A stretch of 64,000 nucleotides of DNA from Octopus vulgaris (taxonomy: Eukaryota). This document shows positions 1-14,916 of this stretch, piece by piece. The stretch is taken from the NCBI GenBank assembly GCA_951406725.2, contig OX597821.1, positions 19,220,001 to 19,284,000 on the forward strand. The letters run 5' to 3'. A program made the translations under genes and the position numbers. Under the pieces are notes generated by a model. The model was not told the origin of the DNA. It did not search any database and was given only the letters and a program-made list of their open reading frames with translations. The number at the start of each line of letters is the position of its first letter. The first letter of the stretch is position 1.

Positions 1-234
1 TGTCCTCCCCTTTACACTTCATATTGACATTTCTGTGATAACGATCCCTATTGATCATTTTTTTTCCTCTCCCCCTTTTTTTTACCCCCCTTTTTTTGTC
101 CTCTGTCTCTCCTTTTACGATCCCTTTTGATCGAAACTCCCCCTCCTTTTTTTTTTTTTTAACCTTCAAAAGAAAAGCTCGACCTTGTAATTTGTTATAT
201 CTGTGTGCAGCCCTGTGTGGCTAATAAAGAAACA
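1..234 (+). mobile_element. 3' UTR/terminus of a Tx1-clade LINE related to the element at 458-6359 (body upstream of window)
   Basis: Shares GATCCCTATTGATC (43-56 vs 6230-6243), T-tracts, AAAAGAAAA and terminal AGCCCTGTGTGGCT..AATAAA (209-228 vs 6334-6355) with the downstream element; followed directly by (TATC)n. Confidence 0.8.
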
Positions 235-457
<223 letters not shown>

Positions 458-764
458 GGACGTGCTGTCACTTCGACTCCGAAGGTAATCATTTATTTTG
501 ACTATTTATAGCGCAATTTTAGTGAACATTTTTGTAAATAAGTTGTGTAAGGCACCCAACTTTCGTTTGAGTGCTTTTCCAAGGGAGGAATTCGCCCCTA
601 GGGGCAGTTTCAACCCCATTTCATTTCTGTAATTTTCTTCTAGCCATTAGAAATTGTCTAGAAATTTTATTGTAGAACGCTGGTCGCGTTCTTTTATTGA
701 CCAGCATTTTCCTAGTTTGGAAACAATAGGAGAAAAAAAGAACGTCCGCGCGCTAAATGCAAAT

Positions 765-2538
765 ATGAATATCGGTGAAATGAACGCTGCAACCACGTGC
801 GGTAATAGCCCTGTCACCACCGCCACCACCACCACTAACAACAGCAACCACGAGTCTACTACTGCTACCACCACCACCTCCACCACCACCACCTCCACCA
901 CCACCACCACCACCACTACCACGACCAACATAAATGATAAAAATAAAACTCGCACGAAAACTATTGACAAAAAAAACAGCAACAACAAGAACAACAATAA
1001 AAATGAACTATCTAATAGTGAAGATGTTAATACAGAAAAATCAACAACAGTAAATTTCGCGGACACTCTTCGCCAGAAGAAAGAAATAGTAACATTCACA
1101 AATGAAGAGCTCATAGAAACTAGAGCTCTCTTTACAACACGTGGACAAGATTTAGTGCTGCATACACCTCAACATATAAAGCAAGAAATAGAAAATAAGA
1201 CAATTGTATATAAAATTATTAGAAAAAGCAAAAAAACTAAATGAACAGATTACAAAAACTGATGTGGAAAAATGTTTAAAAGACATAATGAAAGAAAAAG
1301 AGTATATAAACTGGGGTCCCCAGTTTAACACAGTAGTGGTCCGCTTCCCTAACCAGGAAGTGGCAAAAGCTCACTCTACTGAGTCTCTGGGAAATGATGA
1401 AATCATCATAGTCCCATACTACAAAAACCAGAGAGTGAGTCGAATCACAATTAAAAATGTACCTCCCGAACTTCCTAACAAATGGATAACAGGGGCAATC
1501 TGTTACCATTTAAAAAATATTAATATTTTGGAGACCGCCGTGTACCCTGGCGACATTTGGGGTGGGAAGACAATAGTGGTGACCATCCAGATTGAGGGGG
1601 CTGCTATCGAAAGCCTACCGGATAAGATCCACTTGGAGAATGGGCAATGCCTATATGTTGTGGCAGAAGGCAAAAAGCCTAGATGCTACAAATGTGGCAG
1701 CCCCGAACATTTGATTGCCAAGTGCGATCTGGTACAGAAAAAACAAGAAAGAACAAATCAGAAAACAAATAAAATCCCTTTGTTGCCAACACCAACACCA
1801 ACACACTCAATTATAGAACAATGCCAAGAAAAACAACAAACCAACGAACAAACCGCAACAACATCACCAAGAAAAGAAACAGTACCAACACAATCACCGT
1901 TGATTTCACAACCAATTAAACCTGTTGAATTAACAAAAAATAGACCCACACCCACACCTAGGACGACAATTAAAAAGACAGAATACACTGACGAGAAGAC
2001 AAATGCTACCCCTAACACCACAACAACACAAACACCGCACAAAACATCAACAATTTATACAAGCATACATAGTAATGCAAATGTTTTGCCTCTACCTCAT
2101 ACTGATACGTCGGACGACGAAAGTTCGACGGAATGGCAAATAGCCACAGGAGGTAAAAGAAAAAGATCCAAAAAATCCACCAAACAAGGAAGTAAAGCAG
2201 GGAGATATCTAAATCAGGACAACATCCCCCTAGACCATCAAAAAAGTAATGAACCCGTAAAACCACACACACAACTAACTGCAATAGACACAGACAATAA
2301 AGAATTAATGGACTACATCAAATCTAACACGGTCATCTGTGAAGATGACTTTAAGACAAACAATCATCCGCACACCACACCACCGAAACACATCAGAATT
2401 TTACACATAACACAAGCATAACACCACATACTGAAAACAATATTTCCGAATGCGGTAGGCGGGTTTCAACGATACCTGTCGAAAAAACTATACAAACACC
2501 TCATCAAAAACAATACAAAAGAAGAAGAAGAAAAATAA
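765..2538 (+). pseudogene. Tx1 ORF1 (gag-like nucleic-acid-binding protein), disrupted
   Basis: ORFs 654-1244 and 1204-2421 are probably joined by a frameshift, likely in the A-tract near 1222-1238; zinc knuckle CYKCGSPEHLIAKC (C-X2-C-X4-H-X4-C); in-frame TAA at 2419-2421 is followed by an open frame HHILKTIFPNAVGG...EEEEK to TAA 2536-2538; start codon uncertain. Confidence 0.8.
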
Positions 2539-2620
2539 TGAAACTTTTAAAATGAGTAAGTGACCTCACTTCTTGCCTCTTGTCTCTTCTAATATAGTGT
2601 GTAAAACATAATTTTCGTAA

Positions 2621-5600
2621 ATGTCAAGTATGCTTAAATTTGGTTGTGTGAATGCGCGTGGCTTGGCGTCGGCTTGGAAGCAAGGTTACCTTCTAAACGA
2701 CATCAAGTCACTGGACGTGGATATAGTAGCTATCAGTGAAACCAGACTCAGTAAGCCGCGGGCCCTCGAGTCCATGTTTGGCAATCAATTTGACATTTAT
2801 TTTCCTCCCTGTCTGCCGAACATGGGTGGTGGAGGTACTGCGGTGCTTTTTCGAAAGAGTCTAAAGGTAAAAGTAAGAGCAATATTCCTAGACCCGGAGG
2901 GTAGGCTGGTTGTCTTGGACGTGGATGGCAGAAATGGGTGTGCATTCCGTATGATGGCAGTTTATGCACCGTCCTTAACGGGTCGGGCGGATTTCTTCAG
3001 ACGTCTAGAGGTTTTCCTGGGTACGTCTAGACCTTTACTGTTAGTAGGGGATTGGAACGCTACCTTGGATACGCATCTAGATTATGTGGGAAGGGATAGG
3101 AATAGAAGGGGGTGTAAGAGCCTCAAAGACCTGCTCAGACGTTTCCATTTGTCTGACAGGTTCCGACTCGGCCATCCGAACGTGCCAACGTGGACTTGGA
3201 CAAACCGCGTCGGATCGTCGAGATCTTATCTAGATAGAATTCTATGCAGGACAGCGGATAGGGAGAGTGTAGGATGTCCACAATTTAAAATAGTCAGCTA
3301 CACAGATCACAAATTTGTTATGTGTACGCTCGACTTAGATAAAACACATAGGCAGGGTCCCGGTTACTGGAAACTGAACACGTCGCTGTTAGCGCGACAG
3401 GTTTACAGGAACCGGATTAGCGAGTTAATTAAGAGGGCGCTGACGGGAGCGGTCGTTAACAACCGCTGGTGGTACGCCCTGAAAATGGCAATAAAATCGG
3501 AATCAATTAGGTTTAGCAAGGAATTAGCGATAGAACGAAATAGAGTAGAGGGAGACTTAGTTAAGAAACTAGAAGAGGCACTTACCACTGGCAGCGCAAC
3601 CAACGTGCTGGCTGCGAGGATGGCCCTCGACCAACACCTCAATGCCAAGCACGAAGGTTGCGTCGTCAGAGCTAAAATGCGTGCCTTAAAGAACGAAGGG
3701 ATTGAAGCTGCGCGAGAGGCCCGGGTAGCGGAGGCGCAGCGTGGCAACAGATCAACCATTCGGTCTCTAATAGATCAACAGGGATGCAGTTTACTCGAAC
3801 CCGAAAGGATGTGTGAGGCCTTTCAACAGCACTTTGCTCGACTGTTTGGTGCGAGTGGTGCGTCGGAACGAGGGATGGATTTCAGTGCCTACCTGACCGA
3901 CCTGCCGCGGCTCTCGGCAAGAGAAGCGGAGTGTTGTGAAAGTCCCATCACAGCCGCTGACGTGTGGGATGCGATGGCGGGCTGCGCGAGGGATAAGTCG
4001 CCTGGATTGGATGGTTTACCCTACGAACTGTATTGTCGAATGCCAGACTTGTTTGGCGACCTCTTGGCATCAGTCTACTGCAGCTGGCAACAAAACGGGA
4101 GAATCCCCGGTTTCGTGAGCCGAGGTGCAGTGATGTTGCTGAAGAAAGACTCAAACAAGGGGAATTTTATAGATAATTTCAGGCCCATCACTCTGCTCAA
4201 CGCAGATTTGAAAATTTTGGCCAAAGTAATAGCCGAGAGGTTGGCGCTTGTCATTGGTAAACTGGTCGACAGGGCGCAAACATGCGCCGTGCCGGGCAGA
4301 ACCATACATGACAACCTCCATCTGATGCGCTACATTGTGGACAGGGTAGTTAAGGATCCTGGCATGGGTGGGGCGCTGATAAATTTGGATCAGTCTTCGA
4401 TAGAGTCGACCATCGGTACTTGGCGGCCGTCCTCAGGGCGGCTGGCTTCGGTCCCGTCTTCCGCGGTTGGATCGCTGCCTTGTATAGCGGCATCCGATCG
4501 GTGATTCGGGTGAACGGTCACCTGTCGAAACCGTTTGACATCACGCGTTCGGTCCGTCAGGGGTGTCCTCTGTCGGCGCTTCCCTATGTATTGACTCTCG
4601 AGCCGCTACTGCGGAAGCTGGCGACACTGAGGGGCATCCCACGGGAACTGGGTTGCGGGACGAGCGTGTCGGCATATGCGGACGATGTCACCGTCATAGT
4701 GTCGAGCGACAAACACATCAAGATTATAGGCGAGACACTAAGAAAATACGAAACGGTGACGAGAGCAAAGATTAACCCGGAAAAGTCAGTGGGTTTGCTA
4801 CTCGGCACCTGGAGAAGCAAGCCCATGCCGTCCGACTGCGGCTCAGTAGTGGGACGCTGGACGGACGGACCGGTTAAATTGCTCGGGGTCTGGTTCAGTC
4901 CGGACCTCCAAATGGATAAGAACTGGGACGAGATCACGAGTAGAGTGGTCGCTCTCAGCCAAACATGGGCCGAGAGAAAGCTGTCTCTAAAAGGCCGGGC
5001 GGAGGTGGCGAACGCGTACATCGCATCCGTCATCGATTACCGCCTGACCGTCGTACCTTGTCCCGACGCCACCATCACCAAACTGGAACGCATACTCTTC
5101 CGCTTCCTGTGGAAGGGTGGCGTTCCGATGGTGAGGAAGTCCATTTGCTGTCAACATCCATTGAATGGAGGACTGGGCAGTCCGTGGTTGATGATGCGCA
5201 GGCATGCGCTGAGACTGCGACATCTCTGGAAATTCATCGACGACGGTGAACAGGTGTGGGCGCCGTTTGTGAGGCACGACTTCCCGCAGCTCGTCTCACT
5301 GACCGAACTGCAAACGTGGATCAAAAAGAGACCGAAACCGGGCGATTGGCACCGAGAGTGTCGCCAAGCTCTACAGCAGCTCTGCCGACCGGGGTCAAAC
5401 TTGTGCAACTTACAAACGACTAAAGCGTTCTATAGAGGACTAGTGGAGGGGAGGTCTGACGACACACTCGGGGAAAACCTGGGCGTCGACGAGGAATTCC
5501 TAACCCGCCTGTTCAGAACGACGTTCGGGCCGGGGCCTATGGATAACTTCCAGAAATCCCTGGCTTGGCAGTGCTATCGAGACGCACTACCTGTTCGAGA

Positions 5601-6063
5601 GAAGAGCTACAGACATGGTTCGAAAACCATCACCGGACCGACCTGCCCGAGATGCGGTCAGAGCGACGAAACCGTTCGGCACGCACTCGTGCAGTGTCCA
5701 GATATTTCAGAGCTGTGGTCCTTCGTCGAACAGCTGTTGTCACGTGTAGGTCAGGCTCGCCTATCGGCCGAGTCTATTGTGAATATTGTTCCACCACCTT
5801 CCTTTAAACGGGAAGGGAAAACGGTTTTCGTTACGCTGATGGCTATGGCGAAAGAATGTGTGTGGTGGACGCGTTTGAAAGGACTGCAAACAAACACCTT
5901 CCTCTCTGGTCAGTCTCTCGTCAACTTTTTCAAGTACCACCTGAAAAGGAGGATGAGAATAGAGAGGAAGGCTTTGTCGAACGAATGTTTTAATAAAAAG
6001 TGGGTAAAAGTGGCAAAAATGGTCAGTATGAAAGACGACACTATTTTAAGCATAAATCTGTAA
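2621..6063 (+). pseudogene. Tx1 ORF2: AP endonuclease + reverse transcriptase, one frameshift
   Basis: APE motifs NARGL, SET, GDWNA, YLDRI, TDH; RT motifs KSPGLDG, FRPITLLNADLKILAK, RQGCPLS, YADD; C-terminal CPRC..ETVRHALVQC; small deletion near 4395 breaks LDQS[KA]FDRVDH. Confidence 0.95.
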
Positions 6064-6358
6064 CCAAAAGAGACAACGAGAAGTAAGGCGACTTACTCAT
6101 GTGTTCTTTTTCGAATTGTCTGAGGTGACCTTGGTCTTTTTTGTAGGTTTTTCTTTCCAAGGCTACACCTAAACTGTGAACCTTATATATATATATATAT
6201 ATTGCTTTTTATACACCACACAACCCACAGATCCCTATTGATCAAACGTTTTTTTTTTTTTTTTTTTCCCCACCCATCCCACCTCGAAAAGAAAAATTCT
6301 ACATTGTATTTCGTCCATTTTTTTTCTGTGTTTAGCCCTGTGTGGCTACAATAAAAAG

Positions 6359-6606
<248 letters not shown>

Positions 6607-6777
6607 ACACATAAACATATAGATTTCTGCGTATAAATATAAGTGCAGGTATGTGTTTGCATGTATGAATGATGTAAATAACAGTGAAAAGATTGATACA
6701 TATATTTGTGTGTTCTATACATGTATGCATGGATGTATTTTTAATTATATTTAGCCACACAAATTCACATACGCTCA

Positions 6778-6832
<55 letters not shown>

Positions 6833-7359
6833 CACACCCATACAACCACAAACACTCACATGACGAGATGGAAACTGCTTACGTGAATTAGAACCTGAGA
6901 GAGAGAGAAATAGAGAGAAAGAGAGAGAGGGGGAGAACGGAATGGAAAAAAAGCGACAAGATAAAGAGAGGTGGTTAACTAAAGAACGAAAGCCAAAATG
7001 AACAAAAATAAAAGAAAGCTAACAAACATCATATCCGAAACAACCTCTACAAACCCTCATCTATAATAAACAGCAACCCAACCCAACCTAAAATCTGGCA
7101 ACGCAATCTCCCTGTCAGCCCTTCCCTCTATGCAACTGTGGTTGTTATTCACCAATACATTAATATGCTTCATTAACTCTTCTCTGCTTCCCTCAACGTT
7201 TCAAATTTTCCTGGTTCCTTTTATTTGTTTTCCACCCATTTGCTATTTTTACTTTGCCCGTATTTTCCGTTTTTCCGCTTTCCGGCATTTTTTATCCTCT
7301 TCCTCTCTCTTCTCATTTTCCCTATTTCCTGTCGATTATATCCTTATACGTGTGTATTT

Positions 7360-7434
<75 letters not shown>

Positions 7435-7455
7435 CATACATATATATATATATAC

Positions 7456-7506
<51 letters not shown>

Positions 7507-7549
7507 CACATATATATATATATGTATATATACACACATGTATATATTT

Positions 7550-7580
<31 letters not shown>

Positions 7581-7999
7581 TAAATATATGTATATATATG
7601 TGTATATATGCGTGTGTCTATGTGTTTTATTAGTTTCATTATTTTTCTTCTATTTCTATTTTCATCGCATTTATTGATTGAATTATTTATATATTAGATG
7701 TAAATGACGTGAAAGGCAAAAGAAAGGTACAAAAAACCCCCAAAAATTGTGATTCCTGTTTTTTTTTGTACGTAATATTTAATTTTGGTTTGCATTTTTG
7801 TATATGTAATTGTTTATGAGTATGCATTGTTATGTGTATCGTGCATGTAGAGTTGTAAGAGCAACATGATCAGCGGCGCAAACAGCGACAGCAACAGCGA
7901 CATCAGCGATATCTAAAAGAGCAACAGAGACAATAAAGCAACATCGATAAACAACAGCAACTAACAACATCTATGACATCGAACGCAGTATTGGCAACA

Positions 8000-9390
<1,391 letters not shown>

Positions 9391-9582
9391 ACAAAAACAT
9401 CAACAGCAGTGGCAACACCAAAATATGGGAATATAACCTATTGCCGCATGGACTGATGTCGTCCTGACAAAAGATCGAAAGTTCAGACAGCGGAATATGA
9501 ACTCTTTAACGAATTTAAACTTAAGAAGATGTTTGTAAATGTAACCAGAATGATTCTTTGAACCACTGAAACACTGGTTGTA

Positions 9583-9882
9583 TTTACTTATTCTAACTGT
9601 TTCATTTGCCGAACCGCTAGGTTACGGGGACGTAAGCACACCAAAATCGGTTCTCAAGCGATGGTGAAGGGACAAACACAGACACACATGCAAATATACA
9701 TAAACATACATATATATAAGACGAGCTTTTTTCCGTTTCCGTCTACCAAATCCACTCAAAAGTCTTTGGTCATCCCGAGGCTACAGAAGAAAGGCACTTG
9801 CCCAAGGTGCCACCTAATGAGATTGAACCCGGAATCGTGTGATTGTTAAGCAAGCTTCTTAACACACAGTCACGCCTGCGCC
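9583..9882 (-). mobile_element. tRNA-headed SINE family S2 (3'-truncated, diverged)
   Basis: Reverse complement matches head and body of the copy at 35437-35855. Confidence 0.85.
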
Positions 9883-9916
9883 TTCAAAAAAATAAAAATA
9901 ATAATAATAATAATAA

Positions 9917-10132
9917 TCCCTTCTTACTATAGGCACAAGCCCTGCAATTATGGGGAAGAGGGACTAGTCGTTTACATCGACCACAGTATTTCATTGGAAC
10001 TTAATTTATCGACCCCGAAAGGATGAAAGCCAAAGTCGACCTCGGTGGAATTAGAACTGAGAATGTCAAAGCGGACGAAATTCAGCTAAGTATTTTGCGC
10101 AGCGTGCTAACAAATCTGCCAACTCACAGCCT
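9917..10132 (-). mobile_element. SINE family S1, tail type A, between (AAT)n tracts
   Basis: Reverse complement contains the GTCGACTTTGGCTTTCATCCTTTCGGGGTCGATAAA core, S1 head and GGGCTTGTGCCTATAGTAAGAAGGGATTATT tail. Confidence 0.85.
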
Positions 10133-10288
<156 letters not shown>

Positions 10289-11465
10289 CAGGGAGGTCGA
10301 GGTTTGATCCAGTTTGAACTTACATACAAAACCACCACAATCGGACTCGCCAAATACCTTGAAGCAACCAACGATTGGATGCTAAAACTTGTTGAAAACC
10401 ATGAGAGACCGAAAAAATTATGAAAGAAGGCAAAAAATTCGCTATTGATCTCTTGGATACCTACCAAAATGAACAGGTTGAAGGAAATGCTCCAACTGCT
10501 GCCGCAAAGAAAATAAAATCAACTGCAAAGACAAAAGCGCATGAAAAATTAGCTAGCAGATGGGAACAGAAACCTCTGCATGGCAAGTATGTGGCCCGTA
10601 GCAAACAAGCGGATGTCGACACACGCTCCAATGGTTACGAAGTCCAGGGCTAAAAGCGGAAAGTGAAGGTTTCATATTAGCTGTTCAAGACCAAAGCTTA
10701 TTAACCCGGAACTACCAAGCCAATGTGATAAAAAATGGAGCTGACCCAAAATGCCGATTCTGTAACGATGAGATTGAAACTATAGACCTCCTAATCTCAG
10801 GGTGTAGAGTCTTAGCACCTGTAGAATATAAAGCAAGACATGACAGAGTCGGCCAGTATTTACACTGGACAATATGCAAGCATTATAAAATCAAAACCGC
10901 TGACAAATGGTGTAGACACAATCCTGAAGCTGTGACTGAGGGAGAAAATGTGTGGATTCTATGGGAATTCCCCGTACATACCGACAAATCTATAAAGACC
11001 GGATATTATTATAATATCCGGATATTATTACAAAAGATCAGACAAAAAGGATGTGCTTATTAATTGACATGAGTATTCTTTGCGATCACAATATAGCGGT
11101 GAAAGAATTTGACAAGATCAGTAAATATAAGGACTAACTAATAGAAATTGAAAAATGTGGCATCTCAAGGCAACTACAGTACCAGTGATTGTAGGAGCTC
11201 TAGGAATGATAAAAAAAGATACTGAAACATATTTGAAAATGATACCAGGCTTATCATTCCTACAGGAAGTGCAAAAAATCGTGTTAACTGGAACGGCTAA
11301 TGTACTGAGAAGAGCATTATCGCTGTGAAAACAACATCCATTCATGTATTTATTAATTTATTAATTTTTAAATACATATTTAATACATGTGACTTTGCGT
11401 GTGTAATCTGGGAATGCATACAATGAGCTTCACTGCACTAGGAAGAAAATTTGAAGAAAGAAGGA
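10289..11465 (+). mobile_element. 5'-truncated R4/Dong-clade LINE (C-terminal Zn finger + RLE), decayed
   Basis: WEQKPLHGKY, CRFC..ETID, RHDRVGQYLHW, LWEFPVHTD; (AAT)n at 10137-10287 and 11466-11545. Confidence 0.9.
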
Positions 11466-11546
<81 letters not shown>

Positions 11547-11548
<2 letters not shown>

Positions 11549-11680
11549 TCCTTTCTACTAAAGGGACAAATCTGAAATTTGTGGGGAGGGGACTTGTGCA
11601 TTTAGATCAATCCCAGTACTGGTACCTAATTTATAGATACCGAATGGATGAAATGCAAAGTCAATCTCGGCGGAATTTCA
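11547..11680 (-). mobile_element. SINE S1 tail-A fragment
   Basis: AATCCTTTCTACTA...GGATGAAATGCAAAGTCAATCTCGGCGGAATTT matches S1 reverse complement. Confidence 0.7.
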
Positions 11681-12802
11681 CGAAAAGAAAAACTGTCCTA
11701 CTTCCCAAATCCACTGAAATGGCAAACCCACAAAATTACAGACCAATAGCCTACAATTTACAAAGCTCTTGCTGCAATAATATCGTAGAGATTGAGCAAG
11801 CATCTGGAATAAACAACCTGTTTCCAGAAGAGCAGAAGGGATGCTGCAAGGGCTCATACGGTTGTAAAGATCAACTAATAATCAATAACGCCATAACTGA
11901 AGACAACCGCACAAAAAAGAAACGCCTCAGTATATCCTGGATTGACTACCGAAAAGCATCCCCCACACATGGATCCTAGAAACACTAGTCATAAAGACAC
12001 TCTATGAAAAAATGGCTGACAATGCTACAGCTCTAAACGAAAGGAGGAGTCATTAAAACTAAAGCATTCCCCATTAGAAGAGGAATATTCCAGGGAGACA
12101 CGCCCTCTCTACTCCTTTTCTGCTTGGCACTGACACCTTTATCTGACATGCTAGACAGAACTGGATGCAGATACAACTGTTACGGCAAAACAATCAGCCA
12201 CCTCTTATATATGGATGACCTAAAACTGTCCGTTGCAAATAGTAAACAGCTGGACACATTAATGCAGAGAGTACATGGATTTAACAAAGAAATAAATATG
12301 AAATTTGGGTTAGAAAAATGTACTAAAGCAACACTGAAAATAGGAAAACTATTTAAGATTAGAAACATCATGCTAGATAAAGCAAATGAAATAAGAGAAT
12401 TAGACGAAAGCCAGAAATACAAATATTTAGGAATCAATGAACTAGATACGATACAACACACACAAATGAATGAAAGAATAAAAAAGAATACTATAGATGA
12501 GTTCAATTAATTCTGAAAACAGAGCTCAATGCGAAAAACAAGATAATAGGCATCAACACTCAAGCCGTCCCAGTTATTAGTTACAGCTACAATATCCTCA
12601 ACTAGACAATAAATGAAGAAACCAAAATAGACAGGAAAACAAGAAAAATAATGACAGGATTTAGGATGCACTAACCAAAATTTGACATAGAAAGGTTAGA
12701 TATACAACGTATAGAAGGTGGTAGAGGCCTTATACAGCTAGAAAACTATTACAAAATAACCACCATTTTGCCCAACCTAACAATTCTCTCAGCCCGCCAA
12801 CT

Positions 12803-12833
<31 letters not shown>

Positions 12834-13295
12834 AAGAAGAAGAAGAAGAAGAAGAAGAAGAAGAAGAAGAAGAAGAACAACAACAACAACAACAACAACA
12901 GCAACAACAATAACAATGATAATTATAATAATCGACATATCCGTACCAACTGATGACAATGTATCTCTGAAACAAATTAAGAAATTGTCGAAAGACAAAC
13001 ATCTGGAAATAGAGGCAAACTCAATGTGGAACCTGAAGATAAACTGTAGCTATATAGATAGATATTTTATTTAGGTAAGGTAAAAAACATGCAGAAAATA
13101 CATAACAGAACCACTACGACTTATGAATATTTATAACACTGAAAATAGCTCTTCTAGACACAACACGCTTCTCACGTATAGCACTTCCATTGCAGCTAAA
13201 ATGGCAACACCAAACAAACCACAACGAATATCCAGGATCCATAGATCTGCGCTTTGTAGTATAACGAAAAAGTAAAAATAACAGTTCTGAATTAT
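11681..13295 (+). mobile_element. Decayed, internally deleted R4/Dong LINE, same family as 14917-18855
   Basis: NYRPI, FPEEQKGC.KGSYGCKDQL, HLLYMDDLKL, YKYLG; 3' UTR similar to 18770-18860; (AAG)n/(AAC)n at the deletion site. Confidence 0.9.
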
Positions 13296-14319
13296 AATAT
13301 TTGTTTTATCCGTGCCATTCTGTCAAATCCATCAAGACAGAAGCATCTCCCTCCTCACATTTAATTCCATTTAAGTTGAAGCTTCAAATTTTGGAAGGAT
13401 AAAGAAATAGATTCTTCAGTCAGTGAAACTGCTTGCTATAGTTTTGCTTGCCGTGTTGTTATCGACATTAATGGCGTTAAAATTAATATTCGTATCGGAG
13501 TATGTGTTGGGAGTGTAGGTGGTCACTGTGTTTGGATTATTGACAGGCGTATTGCAACTGCTATTCAATTATTTTTACTAGATTCCATTTTGAATAGTAT
13601 TTTTATTGTTGCTGTCGCCCCTATAGATTGCATTCTTGGTAGCAGTGGTGGTGTAAGTAGTTTTCGCATTAGTTGTGGTTTCACTGTAGCCGTCTATATG
13701 TTCGCTTTTTTGCCTTTATTGTTGCTCTTGCTTTTGTTGTGCTAATTTTTATGGGCGTTAGAGATGGTGGTGTCTCGGTTTAAGACAGAAAAGGCAGCAT
13801 GAAAAGTGTTGTTTCAATTACTGCTTACTCCACTCTGACTTCTTACTGAACATTTCAAAGCTGTTCTTTGATGTACTTTAAATGGGTAAATTCCACAAAA
13901 AGACGACAAATTTCGCACTGATGGGCGGAAACGAAACGTAACTAACCAGCTTTTAAAACCTCGGTTAGCTTAGCAACAGCATAGAACAAAACTGTTCATA
14001 GACCTTTAAAATGCAATTAAAACAAACAAAACTCATAAGCAACTTGAAGGAGTGGCGTGCTGGTACCTAAACAACGGCAAAAACATCACCACCACCACCA
14101 CCACCACCACCACCACCACCGCCGCCGCCGCAACCACACCATCCCCACTTCCAACAATAACAGCAGCAGCAGCAATAATAATTCTTTATATTATGGGCAC
14201 AAGTTCTGACATTTTGTAGGAGGAGCTCGTTGATTGCAGCGTCGACGCCAGTGTTTCACTGACACGAAATTCTACTGACTCTGAAAAGATGAAAAGCAGT
14301 GTTGATATTGGCGGAATTG

Positions 14320-14552
14320 AAGGTGGCGAGCTAGCAGAATCGTTAGCACGCCGGGCAAAATGCGTAGCCGTATTTCGTCTGCCGTTGCGTTCTGAGTTCA
14401 AATTCCGCCGAGGTCAACTTTGCCTTTCATCCTTTCGGGGTCGATTAAATAAGTACCAGTTACGCACTGGGGTCGACGTAATCGACTTAATACCTATGTC
14501 TGTCCTTGTTTGTCCACTCTATGTTTAGCCCCTTGTGGGTAATAAATAAATA
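14320..14552 (+). mobile_element. SINE S1, tail type B (Tx1-like tail), nested in an older antisense S1 copy
   Basis: tRNA-like head (TAGCAGAATCGTTAG..GAGTTCAAATT); 16-bp TSD GATATTGGCGGAATTG at 14304-14319 and 14553-14568. Confidence 0.92.
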
Positions 14553-14851
14553 GATATTGGCGGAATTGGAACTGACGAAATAAAGCTGGGCATTTTTCCG
14601 ACGCTCTAACAATTCTACAAGTATCAGCATCCAACTATCAACATGACTCAAAACGATTGAAACGAATGCAAAGACAGACTCCTACAAAAATCGTCATTGT
14701 TTGAAACTGCATGATACCTCCGCAGAGTTCTTGAAGCATGATCAGTAAACAAGTGTCAACTTAGACTTCTGACTGTGGACGGCTGACACATTCCATCATA
14801 CCCAGAAAAATAAAGCTGAGAGTCTTCACCATAATAGTAGTAGTAGCAGTA

Positions 14852-14916
<65 letters not shown>

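Larger units (their letters stand above)
458..6359 (+). mobile_element. Near full-length Tx1-clade non-LTR retrotransposon inserted in (TATC)n; inactivated copy
   Basis: 5' GGACGTG start, ORF1 with CCHC knuckle, ORF2 APE+RT+C-terminal Cys/His motif, 3' UTR ending in hairpin + AATAAA, (TATC)n on both flanks. Confidence 0.93.

Noticed and set aside
2748-5807. Overlapping and antisense ORFs within Tx1 ORF2
   Set aside because: Expected shadows of a GC-rich coding sequence; no recognisable motifs
13780-14000. Possible small host exon
   Set aside because: Splice-like motifs are present, but no supportable reading frame or homology
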